DNA from: Chrysomallon squamiferum
Taxonomy: Eukaryota; Animalia; Mollusca
Assembly: GCA_012295275.1 (NCBI GenBank)
Contig: CM022670.1
Span: forward strand, 19,344,001 to 19,408,000
DNA length: 64,000 nt
Direction of reading: 5' to 3'
Shown piece by piece: positions 27,130 to 39,874 of this stretch (the stretch's first letter is position 1; every line of letters begins with the position of its first letter). Below the pieces are notes generated by a model. That model saw only the letters and a program-made list of their open reading frames with translations, made no database searches and was not told the origin of the DNA. The translations under genes were made by a program, and so were the position numbers.

Positions 27130-29628
27130 ATATCAATTTCCTTCATTATATTACACCAGTATTTTATACACTACACAATGGAAAATGTGCTGAATTGCTA
27201 TTGTCTGTGAAACACTCCAACATCACACATTCTAGGCTGCTGGATTTGTTACTAAGCTGATGCATTCTGAGCTGTAAGATGAAGCTCAGAGCTCAAACAT
27301 TCAAGCTCTCTGTACAAAATATTTTGTGAGAAGTGCTAGACATTTTTATTATTTCTTTCTTGAAGTTTGCGGTGAAAACAAAATGGCCTATAATTATTTA
27401 CTCAAGATATATTTATTGGAATAAGAAATTAGATGTAATCTTTTGGTATTATTGATTGAAATACATTTCTGACTCTATGAAATTGTTCTCAAGTTTTAAA
27501 ACAAAATTCATGTTGTGGATGCATGATGATGATTTTTTTTTTTTTATGTGTTGTGTGATAATGTTTGATTTTACATTTAAAAAAAGATATCGAAGCCAGT
27601 CTATTTACTTAAATGAGAGTTGAAAAGATAATTCCATCTTGTATATATATATATGTGTATGTTTTGTTACTTTATACAGTTGTATTTACTTATATACTTG
27701 TACATGTGTTATATATGTCAATATTTGTGAAAACATGCAACAGATTACTGTCTTGTTCTTTTTTTTTATTAATATGAATGTTAGAAGAAGTGTATTGTGA
27801 AGACTGAAAAGTTATTTTGTGAATAATAAAGCACAGGAAAATACCCTTTATTATTACAGAATTCAAAAACTGATTATTGTAATTTTCTTTTATCTATCTT
27901 AATTTTTGGTAGGAGAATTCCTTTAAATAATAATAATAATAATTATTATTATTTTTTCCAGAAGTTTAACAGAATTACTTTATGAATTAGTTTGTAAATT
28001 TGACAAGACGGGGAAAAAGAAAAAAACAAACATGTATTACTGTTATTTGTCTTGTTATACTGGTTACTATGTGTTGTAAATCTCCAGACAGGGGAGGATG
28101 TATTGTTAACTGTATTTTCATATTCTCTTTGTGAAGATAATGTTTGAAGTGTGTATCAATCTGATAGGTGTTGACATTAAATCATGTAATTTTATTGTTT
28201 ATTTTTTCCTCTTTTTTTTAAAATTGTAATATCTACTGAAGTGTTATTGTTTTGTATATGTAACAGTCTCTCTATCTCTCTGATTATGATATTTGTGAAT
28301 GCTATTTATTCCAGATGTAATCAACACTGAAAAAGGTAACATACTAGAATATGAAGAGATTTGTTAGTAACTTAAATGCTGATTTGAATGGACTTTCCTG
28401 AAAGTTTGCAGTCTTGCCAACAAATTAAGGGAAGTAACCAGAAAGGGGAGAGAAGCACCACTCTCTTGCCATGTGTTTAAAATGACAAATTGGAACTTGG
28501 AGACTAATGATAAATAATTTACATCATTTGCTTCTGTGTTATTTGTGTAACTCTGTATTTTAATAATGATAATATCTGAAAGAAATCGTTTTTTGTTTCT
28601 ATCCTTTTAAAGACTTATGTATGTGAGTTATTTTTATACTGTGGATTATTTTCTTTTGTTTTATTTGCAAAAGAACTGTTAAAGGTGAGATAATAAAACA
28701 TTTTTACTTCGGACATACCCTTTGTTTAGAGACGTGATGAATGAAGATGAAAATTAATTGTATTTAAAATATTTTCATGTGTATTATTTGTATTGGGTAA
28801 AAGTACAAAAAGAAAAGGAAAAAGAATAAATAAATGCTCTATTTATGGCCGGTATTTCATGATAGTACTGATAGTTAAAGAGCAGAAACAAGTTGGTACC
28901 TACTAGCAACAACAACAAATAGAGATGGATTCTCCATAACATAAAAATGTCACAAATTGGTAGATAGGAATTTAAAAAAAATTATTTTCCTCCCTAAATA
29001 GGGAAAGTTTTTATTTAGATACTGCAACAAATGTTTCGTAGTTCAGTATAAAGTAATAAAAGCAGTTAACACTTCCAAAAAGCATTAATATATGTAGAAT
29101 CAAACCTGATTGTTGATGAATTTTCGTCAGTAGGAAGATGCACATAAAGATTATTTGGTGCTAATCTGTGAGAATAATGCATCTTTTAAAGTAGTCAGCC
29201 TAACACATTTTTTTTTTTACTATTAATTTATAAAAACTGAAATTTTTAATAATAAAAGCATGATCTAAATAGCTAAGTCCTACTGCTAATATTAATATTA
29301 CAAAGTGGCTAAATCAGTTATTCTTATTCTGTCAGTTAATGTCATCCAACAGCCAGTTATTTTTATTTCTATTTTTAAAGTGCATTTGTTTCATTTTAAA
29401 TTTAATTTTGTAGTTAATGGAATATAATAATCATTTAGTTAAAATTTCCCAAAATATTTGATTCACACTGCTTTTTTATTGTAACTCATTAAACACAAAT
29501 TCAGTATGACACATTTAATTGTTTCATCACATAAAAAGTTTACTGAAGCCAATTTCCTTACTCCTGTATGATGTGTAACAGTGGTTTGAAATGTTTTCTT
29601 GAAGAATTTTATCTAGCTGTAAACATCT

Positions 29629-30035
29629 TTATGACAGTGAAGCAAGTTCCTTCTTGATCTCTGCTATCATTTCTGTTCTAGGAACCTCTCTCTGTAAATT
29701 ATAGAAAGATTTTTTTTCAGTTATCTACACAAGAACTGTAATTAGTTTTAAAACCTTTTTCTAACATTCAACTTAATTAAAAGAAGGGAAGACAATAAAA
29801 AATAAACATCAAAAAAATTCTTATGTACCTAAATCTAACAAACAAAACAAATCTGCTTCATTAAAATATTTTTAAACTCAATAAATTATATTTCTTCAAA
29901 GAACAGTTATCTTCAAAAAAAATAAAAATAAAAAAATTAATATATATATATAATTTTATTAAGTTAATAATTTTTTTTCAAAATTGTATACAAATTGGAA
30001 ATTTCAATTCTTTTATCTTCTTTCCAATCCCTGAC

Positions 30036-30072
<37 letters not shown>

Positions 30073-32320
30073 ATCTTACCTCTTCTCTAGTTGCTATTTT
30101 TCTCAGTTTAACTTTGTTTCCTTGGATTTCTGACTGGCCAATAACAACAGCTATAGGAATTCCATTGGTTTCACAGTACTGGAACTGATCCAAAGCCTTT
30201 GGGTTCTTTTTATATGACTGTTCTGTCTGTTGGAAAATAAAATAAACAACTTTGAAATTTATTAAGGGAAAATTGTTGAGAGAAAGAGAAAAAAAGGTTT
30301 TAATTTTCTCCTATGGTCTCTAACTGCTATTATAATTGCTGCATAAAAATGTAATGGATAGCTGCAATTAATTTATTTTTATGTTTGAATGCTCTGGTTC
30401 ATGAAAGAATGCCATATATAATTTCATGTTGTAGGTAATGTATTTGAACTTCCTGTGCAAAACTCATTGCTTAGGCATGGAGACAATAGTAAAAAAATAA
30501 ATACTAATAATAATTTAAAAATTTAAGAACCAAATTTTTTCTTCTTCTCTTTTTTTTAAAATCAATTTAACAATGTGGAGATCGTAACTCAGTGTGTAGA
30601 TAAAGGTATTCGAAAATAACTGGCTTATTGAAAAGGTGTATGGTAATATGGCTAACTTATAAACAATATTTTTGCATTCTCTGAAATTTAATACTTCTGT
30701 GTTTGGTATACATATCTGACAATTACTGCTAATTTTTAAAATAGAACTTTCACAGACACACACACACACACATACACATATAAAAATAATAAAATAATAT
30801 TTCAGGTAATTATTTTGTTAAGAAATCTAGCATATACTAACAAGGAATTACCAGGTTTGGTTAATAGTCATCACCCACAAAACTAAATAGATAACACACA
30901 TATTTCATCTCTTATGGTAATAAATTAATCTATAATTTCACACACACTCACACACACACACAAAATTTACTTTAATGTTGGCATCCCACAGTTCTTTACA
31001 GAGTTTTAATCTTTCTTCAACCAAATTCTTCTGAGCAGACAAAACATAAACCTCAGTCTCAGTTGTCCTTGTCTTTTCATTGGCAGCCTTAAATAATAAT
31101 TAAATCAACAAATGTCTGCACATTCTACAAAATCTTTCTTTAGAAGTGTACTGTGAAAGATGAATGAAGAAAATATTTTATGCATTTGGTACAGTTTATG
31201 ATTACATAGCATCATTAAAAATAAACAGGAAAAATAATGATCTTATATGATAAGCCATATTTTTTGTTTTTAAATTATATGCTCTATCCCAAAGAAAGGC
31301 AAGTACTATGGCTTTTGATAAATCAAACTGAACATAAAAAGAAATGTTTTTAAGATAGTAATATATATGGTAAAAAAACCAGATCTGATATCTTTTTTTA
31401 TAGTTTGTAGTTCCTGAATATACAACATTAGCTTTACAATGTAAAACAATTTATGATGAAAAAAAGATGAAAAGACATAGATTTTTTTTTACATGTAAAA
31501 TTAACATCAAATTGTGTTTATAAAATTTAAAAGAAAAATTCCACAATAAGTACCATTTAGAAACTGTTAAACAAACAACTTTATGAAAGGTCAAACTATT
31601 GGTAAAATTTATATCAATTATTCTTGAAATAAAACAACAAATTTATCACTGAATCCTGTCCAGTAACAAACATCTTTTGTCAACAAAACAAACTGAAATA
31701 AACTTACAGCTGCTCTGGCCTCCATAATTGCAAAAAGTCTTTCAATACCAATGCTGACACCGACACATGGCACCATCTTTCCTTTAGGGTCAAACATTCC
31801 AACCAGACCATCGTATCTTCCTCCACCAGCAACACTCCCCACACCCACTGCCTCCTCTTCATTTTCTCCACTGCCTGGTTTGTGACTGTAACCAGTAAGG
31901 ATTCCTTCATAGATCACACCTGTGTAGTAGTCCAAACCTCGGGCAAGACTCAGATCAAAGGTTACCTGTTATTGTAATTTAATACAAAGAATAAGAAATA
32001 AGTTGATACATAGTGATATATATATTAAGTGATATCTACAGAGTGTGAAAATCATGTTGATTTCAACTGACAATTTATAAATGTCTGAAAAAAAAAAAAG
32101 AGTTAAAATTACTTTATTTTTAATTTCACTTTATTTTATTACTTTCTGTTGTAATAAATTGTTATTTTTGTTCATTTAATGGTCTGAAAGATAGCAAATA
32201 ACATGTTTATTAATCAGAATGTATTGGCAACTTTTATTTTCTTGTTAATGTAATACAATTCATTTGAATTCCTTTGCAGTCAATGTCTCTGTCATATGTG
32301 ATACTTTACAACACACACAC

Positions 32321-32351
<31 letters not shown>

Positions 32352-35300
32352 AAGTCTTCAGTTACATTATGTCAGTGTAAGGGAAGAAACAAAACACTGA
32401 AACATAGAAACTACTTCATCTTCTTCAAAATGTAACTGATAAAAGATAATAAATCTGCAAGGACTTACTTTGTCAATGATTCCATAGAGTTCACAGTACT
32501 GCAGCAGCACCCCGAGTTCCTCCAAACCTTTCACAGCCGATTTCTGTTTGCTGAGATCCTCATCCTTTAGTAGTGTGTTGATCAAGTCAATACCACCTGA
32601 AATAAAACAATTACTTTGTGTCAGAGTGTTTAAGTGAAAGAATATGAATAATTAACTGATTTTGATAATAACTCATATTTGTTTTTGTTTATATAATGAA
32701 ATAAAAACTTCTGCTTACATTCAGAGGAGGATTGACACTGTAACTTGTGTATTTAGTCTTGTCTACTGAATTTGTTGTGTTATTATAATCATTTAAAAAC
32801 AAAAAACCTATTATAAAATTAGAACTGATATGTATGTAAAGGAGAGAAGGAGGGTATATATACATGTACATGTTAGGTTGAAAAATAATTTACAAAAGAT
32901 AAATACACACCTCTGTTTTGTACATATTCTCCAATTTTATCAGCAGCTGCAGGATCCAGCCCCTTTTCACCAATCATTTCTGCACGCACTTCATTCCACA
33001 GTGTCTAAGATGAAAATGAAACATGCTGACTACATGGTCTGAATATGTAAACTTTGTTTATAACAATTCTATAAAACAACTAACATTTTCTGCTTTCTTG
33101 TTGCTTTTGTTTAATCAAACTTTTAACACATTTTTATGTCTTTTTAGTAGAAAATATATAAAACTATTTAATATAAATGGCTGGAAAAGAAAACACACTG
33201 TCTGACTCTATAAGCTACTTTGATCTTCAAACAGCAAAGGTCTTTTTAAAACCTATCCCTAGTGTGGTGTTATAATAATTAAATGTGGAATGTAGTCATA
33301 TTGATAAAAACAAATTTAATGGTCCTGCAGTTTCTTGTGTATCACTGAATGCTTTAAACTGTGAACTAAAGTCTCATCTTACTGTCAGAAAGGGTCAGTT
33401 GAAGCACAATTGCTTATAAAGTAACTTTAATGTTATTTTTTGTTGAATATGTAATATTGTTTTAGTTAATAAGGAAATGTCTTTAAATTCCTTTAGTTTC
33501 GTAAGAGTTAACTGCAATAGGACAAATATATATGCTAATACATTACTGTGAACAATATAACAAATACTGTAACTAAAATACACCCAGTGTACATCCAATT
33601 AAAACTTTTCCTTCTCCTACCTTATCCAGTTTGTCAACAGAAGAACAAATTGTTCTGAACTTGTCATCAGGCACACCACATGCAGCAAACATTCCATCTA
33701 ATAACTGTCTGTGATTCACCTGAAATTAATAAAGTAAAACTGGAAACAAGAGACAAACAACTGTTGTTGCAGGTGAAATATGTAGTTAATTTATGAAAAA
33801 ACTGCATCACATTTTAGCACACTTGTTATTGGCAGTTTCCCATCATCTCAGTATGATCTGGTTCAGAAATAATCTTGAAACATCGTAACTGCTGGTCTTT
33901 TGAATACATTTCTCCCAATGCCACCCAGAATATCATTGCAGGTAGGAAATACTGATGCCACTGCATCTTAAAGATAATATTGATTTATTTTTATGTTTGA
34001 ATGCTTGAATTTAAAATGGTTCAGGAAAGCATTTATCTAATTTCATGCTGTAGGTAATGTATTTGAACTTCTTTTGCAAAACACACTGTGTAGATATGGA
34101 AACAGCCATATTAGTACTTTTAAGTATTTACCTTTATGACAAATTCTCCAAGTTCCAGAGACTGCAAAATTTCCACAACTATTTTGATGCATTCTACATC
34201 AGGTAACATCACATCATATTGACCTGCAATATCAAAGTCCTGAAAAAAGAAAGAAAAAAACAACAAAAATATAACATAATTAGATATTAATTCAATTTCA
34301 GTTTTTATTAATATCTGACATTAAAGTAAATTTGGAAAATGTGCAAATAAGAAAAATATATATATTAAATTTCAATGAAACTTTATAGTTTATTGCATTG
34401 ACATGAAATATAAATTGTATACATGTCAGTTTTTTGAAATTTGAAAACTACATTTTAATGTGCAAATTTTATTTACAATATATTAAGTTTAACCATATTA
34501 AATTAAATATTAATATTTTTTTTTATTTTTTTTATCTTTACATTTTCCCACTAATACGTATTAATGTATTAATTACTTTCCCAAAATATTAAAAGAGCAA
34601 GTGGGTTCAAATGGTAATTAAGTATATTTTTGTCACATTTTTCAAAAATGAGAAAAACAGAATATTCCTATTGTTCTCAAGAGCTCTAACAGATGCAATA
34701 TAATGACAACACAATACTGGTAAAAGCTCAAAGTTTAAGACAAGTAATAAAAATTAAACCTACACACTGGTAAAATTCTCTAAATCGTCCTCTAGTCATT
34801 GCAGGGTTATCTCGCCTGTAGACTTTGGCTATATGATATCTTTTGATATTGGATATTTTGTTCATTGCTAAATAGCGGGCAAATGGTACCTGTATACAAT
34901 TAAGGAAACCTTTTCCAAAAAATTATACTTAGAAATAAAGTAATGAAGACTGACAATTCGTGATCTGTCATTTTAACAAAGATATACAGATTCTATCTGA
35001 TAAAACAGGAAATATTGATTTACATATTAAATATTAAATCTGAATATAGTACATTCCATTTTATTTTATTTATATACAAATGCTGATTGATTAATTTACA
35101 ACCATCAGAAAATTTAGATGTGTAATCTGTAAGTCTTCATAAGAAAACCACTACTAAGTGTATTTGCAACAACAGAATTTTCATGTGAACCTTTCCATGA
35201 ACAGGAAACATACTATGAACTTTGGTAATCATGTCTCATACTAGCATTCTAACCCAAAGCTGAAAACCATATCAAAGCAAGTTTAGTAAGACATTTTATT

Positions 35301-38300
35301 ATCTTTAGATTTTAATGAACTGGGACATATTTATTGGACTGGCTAAAATATGTGTTCTGATAAATAGGGATTTCCCATAAAAAATATCTGATATAATGCT
35401 CAGCTTTTTCTTTGAAAAAAAAAAAATATATATTATTGTTATTACTCCAGATTTTATGACAATAAAGAATAAAGAAGGATACAGTAAGATCATATCGGAG
35501 TGACAGAAGTTCTCCACCCTGATCTGCAAGGTCATATATTAGTTTGGAATCTTCACCATACTTCCCAGTGAGTGTATCCTGAAATTAAGCACAAACAAAA
35601 TATTTGAAAATTATCTAACACCAAGTAATGTCAATTTAATGACTGAATATTTCAAATGTGGTATATGTCATTAAAAATTATTTATTATTTTTTCATTGGA
35701 GGTCAAGTAAAACCATCTAAGACTACATAAATACTAAATAGGACAACTGACCTTCTTGACCCACCACATCTCAGGCAACACTCAACAGATATTAACAAAT
35801 GAATATGAAAACAAACCTTGAGTTCAAACACTGGTGTATCAATTGTTTCAGCACCATGGCGTTTGAAACATTGAGTAATTTTGTTGAAAACTCCTTCTCT
35901 AATTGCCATTTGTTGGGGTGTGAAGTCCCTTGTACCCTAAAACATAAAAATGTAAAAAATAATAAATATAATTTCATTTATTACATTTAAAAATAAAAGG
36001 AATGGTAGCAGAAACAAAATGCTTGGTTTTACAAACAAATAAATAACATAAGCTTGCCATTCTATCAAAAGGAATTGAAATTTATAAAGCTTCTGCTTAT
36101 ATAGAATGTAAACCTTCACTAATACTGACAGATAAATGGTCTTCCTTAATACATTTACTTCTAAACATTTTTATCTAATAGGTTAAATCCACCCATTCAG
36201 TTTTTCTTTACATCAGAATGTCTGGAAAACTGGATACTGTTAATCCTATTCATGAAATTTATGACACTTTTCATAAAAAAATTAAATTTGAAGGCAATTG
36301 ATAACTAATCAAAGATAATACTTTTATATATTTATTCTGCAGATTAAAGCTTTATTGCTTATGTAAATTAATGTAATAAAAACGAATAAATTTAACATTG
36401 TTAAACACTCCCTGATTAAAGAAAAAGGTAGTATTATTTGGACTGGGAAATAAAAATTATAAATGTAAAATAATAATAATAATAATGATGACAGTGCTAA
36501 AAAATTCATTAACAACATACTGATTTGTGTTGAAGATCTGAAATCACAGGAATATGACAGTTGCAATAATATTGATGAAAAAAAGAATATAAAACAATGG
36601 ATTTACCTTAGGGGTTTTAAGCACAAACTTCTGTGTTCCTTCATCACTGATTTGAGCTTTTAATTGCAACAACTTGGCTATTTCTTCATCAATCTGTTGG
36701 TAAGAAATACATTTTTAATTACAGCTTTCTTGACAACTGGAATCGTAGGATATAACTGAAAGTGTTAAACAAGTTAATAAATCTACAAATTATTATTAAC
36801 AAATATTAATAAATTTAGGAAGCATATTAGGATCTCCAAATGTACATTTTGATAATATTAACAAAGCTTTTGTAAATACAAATGTATTAAGTATAATAAT
36901 AATAATAAAATAATATTAATCATCTAATAATTAAAAAATACCCAAAACAAAAACAAAATTTGACAAACCAAACCAAAACCAGCATATTACTAGTTATAAT
37001 TCAGTGTATGGATTTATAATTTTTTTCTTTAATATATACCTTCTGTTTGGTCTTTTTGGAATCTGGATCATACAAATGTATGCTTTTGTGAATTCCACCA
37101 TCACACTCTTCCATTTTTTAGCAAGAAAACAATACTGACCATTTGTTTGTTTTTTAACTTCTTACACACATTATCTTTTTTTACTTCTGTACACACATTA
37201 TCTTTGTTCCAAATAGATAACATTTCTGAGAAATTTAACATATGTTTTAAAGTAATGGAAATATTTTATGTTTAAAAGGCATAAATTATTGCAGATATGT
37301 TGTTTAAGATTCATTGTCTGAATTGACAATGGGATAATATTATTGTAAGTAAATGCACCATGCATGTAAATATTTGTTACTTGTTTATATTTGTTTTATA
37401 TAAAAGAATAGGTTGGGCTTTTTAAAGGATTGGTTATGGGAAAAGTAACATCTAACTTTGTTGTTGTCTAATTTATGTAGGAGTGATATCAATTTGATTT
37501 GTATGCTATTAATAGGCATTCATATGTTTTAGTTACTCAGGAATATTCCTTACTGAAGAGCAAGGATTTAATTTGTGAGTATTTCACTGAGAATCATAAC
37601 AATTACTGATTATTACTGAGCAGTCTCTGGATGTGACTGACCACCTGAAATCCTGACTTAAAATTTGAGGTCTGGAATTTAATATTAAATTTTTGTCAAT
37701 AAATTTTACAGTGCCCTAATAAACATTTTTATCTAAATTCTGTCTGGATCTTTGAAAAACAAAATGTTTATTTTTATTTTATATATTACAGACTATTAAG
37801 ATTAGAGATATAACTTAATAATAATAATAATAATCCTGTTTTATATAGCTTTCACTGATAAAAAGGTATTGTTTTTTTTTCTCTTGCAAAATATTTTATT
37901 TTGTATAACGAAAAATGAACATGGCTAAAAATATTACCGGAAATTTTGTAAAAATGCTCATAATAATAATAAAAATATATTAAAAGTGAGAAATAACATT
38001 AAGTCTCTTTTACTTTCTTCTTTCACAAAATTATTAACAACAAAAACAACATATTTATCACATTTTTCTCTCACCTGTTTGTTAGCCATATAGCGCACCA
38101 GTAGTTTAGATTGTTGAAGCAAGGTCCGGTGGACATGACACAATGAAATTCCAGGAAACATGTTGACCACAGGATGACAGCAAATTCACATAGACACACA
38201 CAGAGTTGAAGATGATAAGAAATATGGAAAGGAGAGAAGAAAGTCCTTATCAGCAAATCTGGTAAATAAACAAAGTTAAAACAAGAAAAGCGTACCTCCT

Positions 38301-39874
38301 GAAAAAGAATGATTGATTAGTAGGCTTGAAAAGAAACAGGCACAGAACACAAAGTTGTTGTCAAAGATACACTACTTTACTTATATTATAAGAATTAAAA
38401 CTGAATTTCTTATTAAATCCATTTTTCTAATTATGTTAATTTTACAAAGCGATAAATCATTAAGAAAGAAATTAACTTCTAAATGTTTGGCTTTATCATC
38501 CTTTCTGTTTAGACCAATCATAATTGTGTAAATACTATATTAACAGAAATATTGTAACATAATTATGAAAAACGTATATTCAAATTTAAAATGTTTTTGA
38601 GATCATTGCATTCCTATAAAGATATAAACTGTGCTATTTAAAGATGAGACAGGAAAAAGACCAAAAAAAAACAAAACAAATTAAATTAAAATAAAATAAA
38701 GAAAAAAAAAAAGAAAGAAAGAAAAAAAGAATTAAAATACTTGTAAGAATAATTTTTTTTAGACTTACTTCATTATCGCCTATCTTAAAAATAACTTTGT
38801 TTTTTTATATTAAAAATTCACTAAAATAAAAGAAAAAAGAAATTAAACAATTTGTAGGACTTAATCCATGGATTCAGAGATTTTAAAGATTTGTAAACAT
38901 TGTGAAAAGTGTGAAGTATTTTTGTGAACAAACAGTTTTGAAAGCAGATAAACTTTAAGTTAATGGGATTCTTCGTTAATACTTTATCAGAATTTGTACT
39001 GATCATTTTTTGTCATGTTTTCTTTTCTGAAACTAGGACATTTAGAAATTTTGGCATTATTTAAGTTTGTGACATACTAGAAAATAAAATTTTAAATACA
39101 CTCAATAAACAAACTAAAAAAAATCTGTGGATACCAAATAAGGTGAATATAACTGAATACTGTCTAAAATTAACATGACACATGCATATATCATTATATG
39201 ACACTGTGACAGTCAGTGTGAGTACTGTTTCTGTTACTGTTTCTCAAATCACCGTATGATGTGTCAAACGTTAATGTATATTTTTAATCTTTCATTGCAT
39301 TGCATCATTCTAAATCAAAATTCAGTCAATCATATTATTACTGGTATTATATCCACCGAACCCCCCTAAAAAATGTTTTTTGATTATTTTTTATAAATTT
39401 AAAAAAACAAAATTTTTAATTATAAACTTTTTTTTACACACTAAATGTTAAGTGGTTATATACATTTTACAGAAAACAGAAGCAAACAATTCTTCAACAT
39501 TTCAAGCCATCAAAAGAATCCCTCTTTATATCAGTGATAACCAGGGGTGTGCGGGAGAAAATATTTCCTTAATACACCACCTGTATGATCAATCTTTAAA
39601 TAACCTATAATTATGCTCTGCTTTCGAGCAATATTTCGATTTAAAACACCCGCATTTTAGATCAAATCTTTCCAAGACGGACAACGTGGGTGCACATGTA
39701 ACATGCAGATGGAAGCATGTTGACTACTAAAAAAGAAACAAAATTTAAAGATCATTTCGGGTATCGAGTACTGATACTAACCTTAATTTTATCAGCTTTT
39801 TCAGCCTTTAATTTTCTGACAATCTCGCCTTGAACTTTTATTTCCTCTTTAAGGTTTCGCTTTTCGACATCCAT
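29629..39874 (-). CDS. HARS: Histidyl-tRNA synthetase (class II), cytosolic-type isoform, 13 coding exons, 511 aa
   Basis: Exons 39874-39782, 36693-36607, 35936-35817, 35578-35483, 34889-34764, 34239-34132, 33719-33621, 33004-32911, 32596-32469, 31965-31708, 31087-30971, 30226-30080, 29691-29629 (TAA) join in frame. WHEP start ([28 protein letters not shown]), [72 protein letters not shown]. Confidence 0.97.
30371..30485 (-). ncRNA. Intronic duplicated element copy A, putative H/ACA snoRNA
   Basis: Shares two exact 23-nt blocks with 33983-34104; on - strand a hairpin, a possible H-box, and an ACA near the 3' end. Confidence 0.35.
33983..34104 (-). ncRNA. Intronic duplicated element copy B, putative H/ACA snoRNA
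   Basis: - strand: hairpin (agtgtgttttg/caaatacatt), AGATAA H-box, hairpin (aatgct..tgaa/ttca..agcatt), caaACAtaa. Confidence 0.4.
34890..35482 (-). other. U12-type (minor spliceosome) GT-AG intron in HARS
   Basis: Donor ACT|GTATCCTTC; branch site TTCCTTAAT about 10 nt before the acceptor (ggtttccttaattgtatacag|GTA); no polypyrimidine tract. Confidence 0.9.
37040..37114 (-). CDS. Possible third HARS first exon ([25 protein letters not shown])
   Basis: AAAAATGG start context, 25 stop-free codons, phase-0 donor AAG|gtatat. Confidence 0.4.
38075..38161 (-). CDS. HARS: Alternative HARS first coding exon encoding a putative mitochondrial presequence ([29 protein letters not shown])
   Basis: ATG at 38161; phase-0 donor CAG|gtgaga at 38075/38074 matches the phase-0 acceptor at 36693; no acidic residues, R/K/L/S-rich; upstream acceptor tttatttaccag| at 38259. 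Confidence 0.75.
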
